DNA of 64,000 bases from Hypanus sabinus (Eukaryota). Below, in pieces: positions 37,031 to 50,180 of this stretch. The number at the start of each line of letters is the position of its first letter. Position 1 is the stretch's first letter. The notes below the pieces were generated by a model. That model saw only the letters and a program-made list of their open reading frames with translations. It ran no database searches and had not been told where the DNA came from. The stretch lies in NCBI RefSeq assembly GCF_030144855.1, contig NC_082719.1, forward strand, positions 31,434,001 through 31,498,000, written 5' to 3'. Position numbers and translations under genes: made by a program.

Positions 37031-39374
37031 AAGTCTTATGACAGTAGGCTGGAAGCTGTCCTTAAACCTAGTGGTACAAGCTATTGGGCTTTGTATCTTC
37101 TGCTGTTAAGAGCGGGTCAGAAGAGAGAATGCTTGGGTGGGTTGGGGGGGGTGTTGATTAAGATGGCTACTTTACTGAGGTAGTGAGAAGTATTTCTCCT
37201 ACTCCCAGGGTATAAGTACTATGTTGGTTTGCCTTGGCAAAGTACTTAATCTCTGTTGAAAGCTATTTGCCACTCCTCGGCCCACTTCACAACCACTCCA
37301 AATTTCCCTTGTCATCTACAATAATGTTCTTCCCTCTCAATAACACCACCTAATTTTGTGTCTTCTGCTGACCTACTGATTAAGCCTTGCGTATTGCCAT
37401 CCAAATCGTTTATATAACTAACGAGGGACCCATCATTGACCGCTGCAGCTCACTACTGGTCACTGGCCTCCATTCAACCACCATTCCCTGCTTCCTACCA
37501 CTGAGCCAGTTTTTAAGTCTATCTAACTAGCTCTCTTTGCAATCCGTTGGACCTAACCAGCGTACTCGCAATGGGCCTTCTAACAAATAGACCAGTGAGC
37601 AGCATTACTACAGCCATCTCCCTGCCTGAGGAACATGTAACCTGCACCATCCTCTGCCACTCAAAACTCAGCTTGTTGCATAACCATTTTTCCCTTAACC
37701 CTTACTTTCAATATTATCCAATTTGTGAACGGACATTGAAACCCATGAACACTACCTCACTACTTTTTTTTCACTATTTATTTAACTATAATATATAGTT
37801 ACTGTAATTCACAATTTTTCTATTTTTATGTATTTCATTGTATTGGTGCCACAAAGACAAGTATCATAACAAATGCTGGAGATAGTAAAGCTGATCCTGA
37901 CTCTGATCTATTCTCATCCCATAATTACACCACCTTGAATAATGTTGTGGTCGCTTCCAGCTGCATATAATTTCCATCTGTAGTATGTTTTATGTCCTCT
38001 GGGAAAAAACAAATCCAAACCAAATAGGATACAGTGGCATAATAACTGTACAAGTAGGAAGAGTTCTGGATCCCGTGACCTGAATTCAACCCCCCCCCCC
38101 CCCGCCCCCTTCACTACACCAACTAGGGAATTTAAATCCAAGTAATGACCTTCAGGGCTGGCAGTCTGGCATCTTTATCAGTTTGGCCCTGGTGTGATAC
38201 CAAATTGTCTCCTCTGCTCAGAAGCAATTTGAAATAGATAAAAGAAAATGCTGGAATTATCAGAAGTAGACACATTCCATGCATGAATGAAGAATAATTC
38301 ACCTCTGCAAACATCCAAATCATTACTTATATGTAATTCCTACTTATCATCACCCTTTGACAATCTTATCCGCAATGATTCTTTATGTTTCTTCTCTATC
38401 ATTCCTGAATACAGGCTACAATGAAGTATTAAGAACCAATTCTTGGCTCCCTTAAACCATAACCTTCTCAATGTAACCACATCATAATCCCATGTGATAT
38501 CTTGCACCAGCAGTTTACGAGCCTTGTTAGTTAGTTAACACACATTGCAATATAAAACTGTCATTGTCACTTCTGCACATTAGCTTGCCCCTTCCTCATT
38601 TTGAATATTTCCAATTTCACTGCTTTTTACATCTCTCTGATCAAATCACTGCTTCTCTCTGGTTTGTCTCTTAGTACCAAGTTACTTTAAGTTCCCACCC
38701 CTGAAGAGCACCAACTGACATATCTGCGGGAATATTGTTCCTACTTTTCCTTAAATGCAACTATTTGTCTTGTACCACTTCTTCTTCCCCAGATCCAGAT
38801 GAAATATTCCAAGAATCTGAAACTTTCTTGTACCACTTTTCCAATACACATTTACATATATTATCTTCCAGGTTTAAAATTATCCTAGAAAATGGCATTA
38901 GAATCACTACCTTTGTGGTCCTGTGTTTCTGTAGCATATAACAGTGGTATATAATTTTGCTTGAGTACAAGTTTTCAGACACATTCATATTGATCTATAT
39001 CAAACTAATATAGTACAATATTTATCTATTTGATGTAGCTGCATAGTCCATCTCAATCCAATTAAAAAGTGTTATAAAGATTTGTTAGCACAAGAATTCA
39101 CAGAACTTCACGCCTTGCCCAGCTTAAAATGCAGTTTCACACAACATAACATTTTTCTATTTTCCGTAGAGGTATTTAAATCTATAAACTGCTGTAAGTT
39201 TAAAGAAGTGACTGTTCCTATTCATATAATTAAAAATGTGTACGACTGTTTGTTAGCTATACTCCAAATGAAAAGATAATATTACAGAAATTAAGAATGA
39301 CAGTACTGTAATAGAACTATAGAATTACTATAATAACACAGCCTAGATCCATTACTATATATCTGCCAGTTATG

Positions 39375-39890
39375 TTCTTAAGTAGTCCCTGTTGGCCCAA
39401 GATGATTTGCTTCCACTCCCAGTCTGTGGGGCCTGAGGTGATTGATGAGGTCAACATGGAGCTTGCGTGTTCTAACACAAATGAGGCAAGAGTTGCCTGA
39501 TGGGAAAATTGGGTGGCTAGTTGGTGCAAAAATATTCTTGTTTTGCTGAGCTTTCATGTAATCTTGACAACGGGGTCGAGCTCTCGCTACCATTGCAAGT
39601 GTTCTGCTTCCATTTTGAGCAGTCATAGACTAGGAACTCCCCAGAGTCAAAATCAAGGTCAAAGGTGAAAGCAAATTCATTATTAAAGTAGTACCTTGTG
39701 ATTCATTTCCTTGCAGGCATTTACAAGAAAATAAAAAACACGTAACAGATTTTATGAAAAACTATACATAAAAACTGACAAGCAACCAATGTGCAAAAGA
39801 AGACAATTTGTGCAAATGAAAAATAAGTAGTACTAAGGAAATGATTTGTAGGGTCAGCAAAGACATTGCATTTTTTCAAAGGCAGTTGCA
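39375..39890 (-). mobile_element. RTE-clade LINE 3' fragment (with another LINE tail inserted at ~39648-39855)
   Basis: 'CLICVRTRKLHVDLINHLRPH', resembling the RTE C-terminal CxxC...GLISHLRTH motif. Confidence 0.6.
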
Positions 39891-40387
39891 GGGAGAGCTT
39901 GCTTTTGATGACACCAGAGGTGCTGAATCTGCAAAACTAAATGATGATTCAAAGAAATTAGGGACATAGTAATTCCACCCATTGCGTTTCCAATTATTTC
40001 TGTCAATAAAGTGGCACAGTAATTATGTTTGCATTTTAATTATGCTCGTTTAGAAACAACTCTGCACCAAGATATTGGAGTTCAATTAAACTGAAGAGGA
40101 ACTGCCGGGGGATTAAAGGGAGGAAGGGTTGGAGCTGACTTTGCAGTTGAAATTCACAAAGGAAGTGTGACCCTACTAATTTAAACTATCAGGAATAGTT
40201 TAAACATTTATACTAAATATTAGTCAAAGTAGGATTGAAGCATATAATCATATTTTTAGCACTTTGGAAGTTGTAATGATTCTTGGAATCCTTAAGCATT
40301 TTTCGGTGTTTTTTTTTACTTTTTCTTACAGCCCATAAAATCTATGCTAGTTCTCAGAGCAGTCCCATCAATCACACTCCCTAACTT

Positions 40388-41070
40388 AAACACAAAATAC
40401 TCAGCAGATGCTGGGGTCAAAGCAACACGCCACCTCCCAATGTGGCCTCCTCTACATCGGCGAGACCCGACACATATTGGGGGACTGCTTCGTCGAGCAC
40501 CTCCACTCCGTCCAACTCAACAGACAGGATCTCCCGGTTGCCACCCACTTCAACTCTGCTTCACATTCCCATTCGGATATGTCCATACATGGCCTCCTCT
40601 ACTGCCATGATGAGGCCAAACTCAGCTTGGAGGAGCAACACCTCAAATACCGTCTGGGTAGACTCCAGCCCCATGACATGAACATTGAATTCTCCAACTT
40701 CCGGTAATTCCCTCCCTCTCCCTTCCCCCATCCCAGTTTCACTCTGCCTCCTCGTCCAGCTGCCTATCACCTCTCTCATGATTCTGTCTTCTTCAACTAC
40801 CCATAGTGCTTTCCCCTTACATTCCTTCTTCACCTTTCCTGCCTGTCCCCTCCCTGCTTCCCCTCCCCCACCCCTTGATCTTTCCCCTTACTAGTTTTTC
40901 ACCTGGCAACTACCAGCCGTCTCCTTCCCACCCTCCCCCCACCTTCTTTATAGGGCACCTGTCCCCTCCTTCTTCAGTCCTGATGAAGGGTCTTGGCCCA
41001 AAACGTTGACTGCTCATATCCACAGATGCTGCCCGACCTGCTGAGTTCCTCCAGTGTGTTGTACGTATTG
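40388..41070 (+). mobile_element. PLE 3' part with inverted terminal stub
   Basis: 'CGLLYIGETRHILGDCFVEHL...HFNSASHSHSDMSIHGLL...EQHLKYRLGRLQPHDMNIE' GIY-YIG; inverted stub at 40388-40430; 15-bp TSD CACACTCCCTAACTT (40373-40387) / CACACTCCCTGACTT (41071-41085). Confidence 0.93.
40975..41012 (+). ncRNA. Minimal type I hammerhead motif, core mutated (GAAA to AAAA)
   Basis: CAGTC-CTGATGA-AGGGTCTTGGCCC-AAAAC-GTT-GACTG; stem I CAGTC/GACTG. Confidence 0.7.
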
Positions 41071-41084
41071 CACACTCCCTGACT

Positions 41085-41324
41085 TTTTTTCCTGTGACCT
41101 ATTCACTTTCACATTCATATCAACTCCTTTCCATTGCTCCAAATCTGTGTGATTTACAGTGGCCAATGCACCCCGCCTAACTAGGATGTGCTTGGGATGT
41201 GGGAGGAATCCCGAGCACTCAGCAGGGGCGCACATGGCCAAGGAGAGTCTACACAACAGCAGTGGAGGTGGGAATTGAACCTGGGTCACTGGAGGTGAGC
41301 CACCCGATTTGCCACTGTGCCACT
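41085..41324 (-). mobile_element. tRNA-derived V-SINE
   Basis: Minus strand: GGCACAGTGGC head, B-box GGTTCAATTCC, V-domain GTGCTCGGGATTCCTCCCACA. Confidence 0.75.
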
Positions 41325-41886
41325 GGAAAGAGATGAGAATAATAGGGAGCTATGAGGCTGGTGCTGGAATTCACAATTTCTACCAATGCAGAATCATTGC
41401 CAGCCATCAAAAATAAAGCCAAATTTACAATGACCTTGTGGCAATAATCTTGCCTTTTGGTCACAACTTCTAGATTTAAACTAGGCCCCTCGGCTGGCAA
41501 ATGGGTCGCTGATGAATTTGAGAAGGGACAAATTAGGGAATAGTTTTGTGAGTGGGCCTAAATTATACTAAATCATCCTAAGCACCATTCATTGCATGGA
41601 CAGGTGTTAAAACCTCCCCCAATGTTTTGTTGGCTTTACTCTCTATGAGGGAATCCTTGTCACAATGTTTGTGTGGCCCAGATTGTTTTTGTAGCACACT
41701 TATGTCAACTCAGCCACTGAAAGATATTCATTTATTGAATCCAATAAGTTCTATCTGCTCTTGAAGATCCAATTACTTCTGTGTGCATTTGAGTGCCTTA
41801 ACTAACAGATATCGCTTTCACTTCTATTTACCTCTCTATTGGATTTCACTCTATTATCCACAGATATCCTGAATCAAAGAGGGGAA

Positions 41887-42070
41887 ATTTCAAGAGAGTG
41901 TAGATGCCGGAATCTGGAACGAAAAAACACTCTAAAGAAGGAATTCTGCAGGTCAAACTGCGTCTGTAAAGCAGCAGGTTCTGATGCAGGGTTTTGACCC
42001 AAACAGTGGGCAATGCCTTTAGTCCCACAGATGCTGCTCAATCCACTGAGTTCCTCCAACAGGTTGTTAG
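41887..42070. mobile_element. Old fold-back PLE terminal-repeat insertion
   Basis: Antisense PLE end, then a sense copy starting at a decayed hammerhead TTCTGATGCAGGGTTTTGACCCAAAC and continuing ...CACAGATGCTGC...GAGTTCCTCC. Confidence 0.6.
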
Positions 42071-44129
42071 CTGCTTCTAAAAGAAAATTAAAACAAGTCC
42101 CCAGAGTCTGATTGTTGGTCTCCACAGGACTATGAAATGCATGGCAATTTCTGTATTCTTTTTGTATTTCACAAATGTCTTCTTTCAACTTACTATTTTT
42201 AGCTTGGAATGCTGGTTTTTATTTTACTTGGTGCTGTTATTTAATACCTACTGAACTTGTAAGCTTCATTCTACATTCTACTTCTCTCAAGTGGTATTAA
42301 TTTAGATTTCCCTGTGTACAGATAGAACATAAAGTTATTCAACCATATTTCTCTCTGAGAGCTAAAGCACCTGTGTTTAATGGAGCTTCTGTGAAATTGC
42401 ACTCATTGTTTACAAGCTATCCTGTTAATCTCGAAACTGTTGTTTTAGTGGTAGGATTGTGGGAGTTTTCTTGGAATAGCGCTCTCCCACTATAATCTAA
42501 TTATTTATGTACTTGGCAAAATTCATAAGTCTTGGGATTATGATCATGTTGACATATTTTTTCAGCATAAACTATTATTAGCATGCTCCTCTATCAGCAA
42601 TTATTGTTAATATTTTATTTGATTTTCACATGAGCCCTTGGACCAGCTGCCATGAGTTTTGTTCACAGCTCAATAAAACACTTGTTCTTCCTCTGTTTGT
42701 TTTTATATTTTTAGCGTCTATGCAGATCTGATGCCTGCAGGTATTTTTATAAAATGTGTGGAAGTGATCTGCTGAATTCAACATGAGAATGGTGAGAAAA
42801 CTAACTTGGGGAAAATTTATTCAGCTTCTTGTTATTGTCAATGTCCTTCATTGAAGAGAAAAAATTCAGGTAAATTTTTTGTCTTCCCAATGTAAGGAAT
42901 ATTTAAATGAACTAGCCTTGTAGAATTCTTTAGGCTTTCATTCTATTGGAATAAGGAAATGAAAATCAGGCACTTTCAATGATCCACTCTGTCAACATTG
43001 ATGCACTTGGAGTGATGACAAACTTAACATTGATATTTGCCTCTCAAAGTCCACCCCTGTTTCCCCCTTGTGAGGGGTGGAAACAGATAAGGCCAGCCAA
43101 CAGGGCTCTGGTGAAGCTGGATAGGCAATGCCCTGTACAGTGGATATAATGGACTACAGAAACGTCGATGAACTTCAACAATTCTGTTGACTTTGGACGA
43201 TGGATATGGAAGGGCATTGAAGGTCTATGCTCCACTGGGAGCTAAGGGCCCAAGAAGGAGAACCTAGACATTGGTGGAGTGGGTTAGATTGTAATACTAC
43301 ATTGATAGAATATAATCTAACCATATACTGAAAACACATCTTTTCGGGTAGAGTGCTGTAGAGTTTCTATTCGGGCTGGACATACATCTTTCCACCAATA
43401 TCAGTCTTCAGAGGTCAAGAAGAAAACCAATAGGAAGATAAAATAGGAAATGGCCCAGAGACAGCACTGAAACACATTGTATGTTTCCTCTTGTAGACAA
43501 CATTCTGCTCAAAAATATAAAAGGTCGTTACAACATTTATAGTATTTTGGCATTATTTTTCCTGTAACATGAATCAAGAATCAGAGAGATTAAGTTTTAT
43601 TGGAGAGTTCGAGACAAATTACTCCCACTGATCATGTACCTCATTAATTACCATGTTATTGTATCTTACATTTTCTGCAGCTTATCTTTCCATAAGTGAG
43701 GAACTCTGCTCACAGGCTACCTTAAGGACTTTGGCCCAATCCATTTGACTGTGATCACTGCACGGGACAACGTCCCTGTTGGGAAAGTCATATCCCAGGT
43801 CTGCCTATTCTATTTATTCTTCAACTCTGAACTTTCATTTTAGATTCAGGCTGATTCCAAATACTATTAGCTGCATTTGCTTTCTCATAGTATCTAAGTT
43901 TACTTTGACATTATCCTCTACGGGATTGGCAAATTTTAATTCACAGTTCATAGATATTGGAAGATTTATTTTTAAACTTCAGTTTCTGAAAAGTGTTTAG
44001 AAATCTTGAATAAGAACATCATTAAATTGCCAAATATTAGAGGTTAAATGAATGGACTTGAAGGTTAAGTAGATCATATAGCAGCAGTTCTTCTGATATC
44101 AGTTTAGAATTTTAATTCCTTCGCATTGT

Positions 44130-44640
44130 AACAGGAAAATGCATGGGAGATCATGGCTCATGGATCTGATTGAGATTTTTGAAGATGTGTCTGGGAAGGT
44201 AAATGTAACATATAGATTAAGGCATTTGATAAGGTTCTGCATGAAAACAACACTCTGCTTCCCACCATCAAGTAATGTTTAATAAATTTGCAAATGGCAC
44301 TAAAATAAGTGGTACATTGACAGTGAAGGTGGTTACCAGAATTTATGGAGTGATCTTATCAGCTGGATAACTATGCCGAGGGATGGCAAATGGAGTTTAA
44401 TTCAGACAAGTGAAAGACATTCAGTTTGGGAAATACAAGTGAGAGTACGACCAGGTGAGTGTTACAGAACAGAGGGATAAAGGAGTACAGATAACAGGTT
44501 CCCTGAAAATGGAGTCACAGGTAGGAAGGTATGAAGAAAATGCTTTAGGTGTTAACCAGTCAGGACATTGGGATGTTATGCTACAGTTCTGCAAGACGTT
44601 GGTGAAGCCACATTGTGTTCAGCTTTGGTCAATTGCACAT
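44130..44640 (+). mobile_element. Old, internally deleted CR1 RT remnant
   Basis: Patches 'FFED', 'AFDKV', 'WQMEFNSDK', 'LVKPH'. Confidence 0.6.
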
Positions 44641-45399
44641 CACATGTTGTGAACCTAACCTTGCCATTCCTTGGACTAACTGTAAAGACCAGTTGGTATG
44701 GTTGGCAGATTGCACAAATATTGAGTCAGTGATGCACTGACGCAAGACTTGGGCAATATCACTGACCTTCTGAGATCTGTGGAACACATTGCATCATGTA
44801 CAGGGTGAACCATAATAAATGATGCAAGGTTCATCAGGAAATTGATGGTCTGCTGCAGTCAGACATTCGGCTCATTTATGTGTAAAGCAGTTGTCATTAT
44901 TGGGTTTTCTCCAAAACAATATTAATGTTAGTATATGCTCTGTCTTTCTCTAAGGTTCTTTATTTTATTTTTTATAACAATTCAAGCATGGAAGATTTTC
45001 AATGTTAAGAGTTTCTTTTAAGTATGATTTTCAGATTCCTCCCACATAATGGCTTAATCAAAGATTGGCACAAAAATGTCAGATAATCAAATAACAGGTC
45101 AATAAGGGTAACAAAAAAAAAAGGGACAGGTGTAAAGCTGGTTGTTGCTTCAATCTCATTCATGGTTACATTATTGTATGAGTTTAAAATCCCCAATTAC
45201 TCAAAAACATCCTTAATATCCTTTGTGAAGATTAGATTTTTTCAGTTCTTTCATTCTTATCTTCTCTGTCTTTGGGCAATCCTTGAGGATTAAGAATGAC
45301 TTTCTTTCACTCCAATAGTATAGGTTCTGAGGTGGCTGTGGGGTCAGTATTGGAATTGCAGAGTCTTCCTCAGATGGAGCAGGGGGTACCTGAAGAGGC

Positions 45400-45880
45400 A
45401 AGGGTGAGATGGTCTACTCCTTCCCCATTTGTGCACAGCTTCTGTGTGTACCTGATACACAGGCCAGTGTTCCCAACACCAGGAGTCAGTGAGTATGTTT
45501 TCTTTCAACATGAAGCCTTTCAGCCCATCTTCAGATCCATTACCATACCCAGTTGGTAATCTCTTCCCACAACAGAACTTGGAATGAATAAATTTGGTGG
45601 ATATTGCAGCTTCAGTGGAGGCTGTATTTTGAGGTGCCTACCATAAGTAATCGAGAATCATGTAGGAGGACAGGAATCACTGATGCCTGGTGGACAACAA
45701 GTTCCGTGACATGTCTGAGGTCCTCATTATCAAATATCCTTTTCCTCAATAAAGAGAAACTGTGAGGCAATGCATTGAAAGTGGTGGTTAACTTCATTAT
45801 TCATGTTTGCCTTTGTTAAAAGGTGATTCCCAAATCATGGAAAATAAACCTTTATTGCTCGAGGGTAGCATGATGTAGCA
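45400..45880 (-). mobile_element. RTE-clade LINE internal fragment
   Basis: 'FSLLRKRIFDNEDLRHVTELVVHQASVIPVLLH', resembling the RTE 'FGRLRKRVF...TKLxVYxAVVxPxLLY' motif. Confidence 0.65.
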
Positions 45881-46060
45881 GGGTCATGTTGGTAAAAGCC
45901 GTTTGTCTTGCAGGTCATGCTTTGATGAACAAGTGTACAATGATTTGGATTTGGATTTCAAGCATATGAACGCACAAACATCATTTGTCTTCAGTACTTT
46001 GACTACTGTGGTTCCTGTGTACAGATTTCTATAGATGTACAGAGGAGAACATCCTGACTG

Positions 46061-47709
46061 CAACACGTACAACACGCTGGAAGAACTCAGCAGGTCGGGC
46101 AACATCCGTGGAAACGAACAGTCAACGTTTCAGGCCGAGACCCTTCGTCAGGACTGAAGAGGGAGGGGGTAGGGGCCCTATAAAGAAGGTGGGGGTAGGG
46201 TGGGAAGGAGAAGGCTGGTAGGTACCAGGTGAAAAACCAGTAAGAGGAAAGATCAAGGGGTGGGGGAGGGGAAGCAGGGAGGGATAGGCAGAAAAGGTGA
46301 AGAAGGAATGGGTAGTAGAAGGAGGCAGAATTATGAGAGAGATGATTGGCAGCTGGAGGAGGAAGCAGAGTGAAACTGGGATGGAGGAAGGGAGAATGAG
46401 GGAATTACCAGAAGCTGGAGAATTTAATGTTCATGTCAAGGGGCTGGAGACTACCCAGACGGTATATGAGGTGTTGCTCCTCCAACCTGAGTTTGGCCTC
46501 ATCATGGCAGTAGAGGAGGCCGTGTATGGGCATATCCGAATGGGAATGTGAAGAAGAGTTGAAGTGGGTGGCAACTAGGAGATTCTATCTGATGTGATGA
46601 ACAGAGCGGAGGTGCTCGACGAAGCAGTCCCCCAATCTGCGTCGGGTCTCGTCGATGTAGAGGAGGCCGCACCAGGAGCACCAGATGCAATAGATGACCC
46701 CAACAGACTCACAAGTGAAGTGTTGCCTCACCTGGAAGGACTATTTGGGGCCCTGAATGGTGGTAAGAGAGGAGGTGTAGGGACAGGTGTAGCACTTCTG
46801 CTTGCAGAGATAAGTACCAGGTGGGAGATCTGTGGGGAGGGACTTGTGGACCAGGGAGTTGCCGAGGGAACGATCCCTGCGGAAAGCGGAGAGAGGGAAA
46901 GACGTGCCTAGTGGTGGGGTCCTGTTGAAGGCGGCGGAAGTTACGGAGGATAATATGCTGGATCCGGAGGCTGGTGGGGTGGTAGGTGAGGACAAGGGGA
47001 ACATAGTCCCTGTTGTGGTGATGGAAGGATGGGGTGAGGGTGGAAGTATGGGAAATGGAGAAGATGTGGGTGAGGGCATCATTGATGATGGCAGAAGGGA
47101 AACCACAATCCTTAAAGAAAGAGGACATTTGAGATGTCCTGGAACGGAAAGCCTCATCCTGGGAGCAGATGCGGCGGAAACGGAGGAACTGGGAATAGGG
47201 AATAGAAGTTTTGCATTTGGCAGGGTGGGAAGAGGTATAGTCGAGGTAGTTATGAGAGTCAGTGGGTTTATAGAAGATGTCAGTGGACAGTCTGTCTCCA
47301 GAGATGGAGACCGAGAGACCGAGAAAGGGGAGGGAAGTGACTGAGATGGATCAAGTGAATTTGAGGGCTGGGTGGAAGTTAAAGGCAAAGTCGATGAAAT
47401 TGACAAGCTCAGCATTGGTGCAGGAAGCAGCCACAATGTAGTCATCAATGTAGTGAAAGAAAAGTTGGGGAGCAGTACCAGTATAGGTTTGGAGCATAAA
47501 CTGTCCCACATAACCCACAAAGAGGCAGGCATAGCTGGGGCCCATGAGAGTGCCCGTAGCTACACCCTTGGTCTGAAGAAAGTGGGAAGAGCCAAAAGAG
47601 AAGTTATTAAGTGTGAGTACCAGTTCCACCAACCGGAGGACTGTGGTGGTGGGGGGGAACTGGCGAGGTCTATTGTCAAGAAAGTAGCAGATGGCTTTGA
47701 GGCTTTCTC
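46061..47709 (-). mobile_element. Penelope-like element (Neptune-type), RT C-half + Cys-rich linker + GIY-YIG + terminal repeat
   Basis: 'FLQTKGVATGTLMGPSYACLF...HYIDD' RT; 'CKQKCYTC' Cys-rich linker (a feature described for Neptune PLEs); GIY-YIG remnant; inserted in a Rex fragment (46015-46060 / 47710-48135) with C(C/T)GACTG-type duplication; frameshifted. Confidence 0.93.
46119..46156 (-). ncRNA. Minimal type I hammerhead ribozyme motif, intact core
   Basis: RNA: CAGUC-CUGACGA-AGGGUCUCGGCCU-GAAAC-GUU-GACUG; 5-bp stem I, both conserved core boxes, NUH triplet, no loop III. Confidence 0.85.
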
Positions 47710-48135
47710 CCCGACTGGTTGCATCAGAGCTTAGTGTGGAGCCTCCAATGCATAGGGCTGCACGAGGCTACAGAAAGTTTTCAACTCAGCCATTTCCATC
47801 AGGGCATAAGTCTCCCGGCCAATAGAGGACATCTTCAAGAGTGGGGTGCCACAAGAAGGCGGCAACCATCATTAAAAGAATGTGCAATCCGGGACATGCA
47901 CACTTCATGTTATTAATGTTAGACAGGAGGTACAGGACCCGCACTCAAGGTTTTAAGAACAGATTCTTCCCCTCCATCTTCATCAGGTTTCTGAATGGAC
48001 CATGAACACTATCTCATTATTCATCTTTTGCACTATTCATTTATTTATTTTGTGCCCTATAGTAATATTTTAAGCTTTGCACTTTACCGCCTCTATGAAG
48101 CAACAACTTTCATGACATGTAGGTAGCAATAAAAA
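47710..48135 (+). mobile_element. Rex/Babar LINE 3' fragment (host of the PLE)
   Basis: Continues 46015-46060 ('FYRCTEENILT|GCI'); KAATII-type motif and tail. Confidence 0.75.
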
Positions 48136-50180
48136 AATTTGAACAAAACTTGAGCTGAGGCCAGTCCCATATTGTGGTTGGGTAACTTTGGGTTTGACAA
48201 CTCAACCATTCTCTCAAATATAGTTCTATTTTTCTGCAGGATAGTTCATATCATTAAAAACAATCCAAGAAAGACAAAAGCGGAGAGCTGAAATCATACA
48301 TTGTGCTGGCAGCTTTAAAATATTATCCGCAAACAAAAAGGGCTCAAACCAGCAACTCGCTATTTTGCAAATGAAGTTAGAATTTTCAGAACAAACCAGA
48401 TCTACAATGTTATTTTTTCCGAAATTCTTCCATTTATATTAATAACTAACATTCACAAAAGCTTCAATAGCTTCATGCACTGATCAAAATTTATATTAAT
48501 TCTATTGATCTGTGTCATTTAGCTGTCACTGTAGTTAAAGCACAAACCGTGAGAAACCCAGCAAGAACGAAGGCAATACAGTATATGTAAAAAATAGAGT
48601 TGCTCTAATTAATATTATTATTTACTAAAAGGGGCAGTGACTAATCTTTCGTTCCTTCCCACTACATCATTATCCCATCCCCCTCTTGTGCACTCTTCCC
48701 AGCTTAAAATCTGAGGCTTAATATAAATTTTTCTTTGGGATTTTGGCAATTAATTACTGCATTACAACTGATGTGCATAATAATAAGGGGATAATAATTT
48801 CAAATGGGCTTATTAAGATATCACAAGAGACATTTATTGATGGCTTATTTTATTTCTGTCAGTATTCTGCACCATGCTGAGTTACTATGCATTTAGTCCA
48901 TCCCCTCCAGAGCAGAATGCTAAAGACAAACAAACATAACTGAAGTGAAAAGTCGGCTGCAAGAGAGGATGCCCTTGTTGAAATTTGCGAGGAAGTATTT
49001 CCCAGTCAATTGAGTATTGAGAAAACATGTTGGAAATCAAAGGAATACCATGAATTCAAGGGTGAGAAAATTGGCCATGCAGCAACTACTGTTTCCTGTA
49101 AGGTGGCGGTGCTCTTTGACATTGCAGCCACTCTGAGCCCAAACTATGTGTATTTGTTCGCCCTGTACATCTTTTTTATGATCACAGGTCATGCTGGATA
49201 CCAAGAACATCAAGTACTGCAGAACTATCCCATCAACGAGTTGCTTGATAGCAAAGCAGCTGGACTTACTGTGTACTGTTGTTGTGCCAGCATCAGTATT
49301 TCTTGCATCCCAATGTTGTGCTGTGATAGTGCAAGGTGCAAGTGATTGTATTGGGCTTTTATATTGTGATGACAAGACCCTGTTAGATATTGGCACTGTA
49401 GAAAACTACAAGTCCTGTTCACTGGGTATTAAAGAGACTGACGGCAGGGGAGCTGCATTGCCTCAGTTGTGGTTAGGACTAGGCCCTCATTGAAGAGTCA
49501 CTTGTTGCAGCCAGCCAGGGGTGGAGATGCCAGAGGTAATGTAGAAGACACCAGAGGCCTCTATGGGTGTGCTAGAATCCATACTGGTTTGGGGGCTGCC
49601 CTGTCCCTTCGGTGCTGCCCTCCAGTGTTTTCTTGGTGAAAGAGCAAGCTGGACCAGGACTTAACTATCTATCTGCAATCATGCCACTCAAGGATTTGGG
49701 GTATATTTTTGTTTTTTCTTCCTTTGTGTCTGTATGTTTTTCTGAAATCATAACCATGGGTGCTATTTGCGCTGGGTGTTATGTGCAGTGCGCTGTGTGC
49801 TGTTGGCAATATGTTTTGCACTTTGGCCCTGAAGGAACACTGCTTTGTTTGGCTATATTTATGTATGGTGGAATGATAATTAAACTTAAACGCAAACTTG
49901 AACTTGCACTTAAAACGAAGATTTTCTTTTCAGCTCTAAAAGGAAGGGGTGCATGGAATAATCAGAGAAAACTTCCGTGTACAATCCTGCTGCAGGGGTT
50001 GCAGCAAAGAACAGGCCCACTTCTCATTGCTTCCATCCGTGAGGAGGTACAGGATCCTGAATCCCACATTCAACATTGTATAAGCTGTTTCTCCCCATCC
50101 ACCATCAGATTTCTCATAAACCCATGAACACTACCTGAATATATTTGTTCTCTTTTTGCAGTACTTATTTACGTCTTATA

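Noticed and set aside
46160-46400. G-rich tracts (also ~20540-20700, 63300-64000) as independent G-quadruplex elements
   Set aside because: They are the antisense strand of the C-rich PLE sequence, not separate features.
46741-47532. Longest ORF (263 aa, Ser/Thr/Pro-rich) as a novel or mucin-like gene
   Set aside because: It is an alternative frame of the C-rich PLE RT region that joins the true frame near its end through a frameshift; composition explains the lack of stops.
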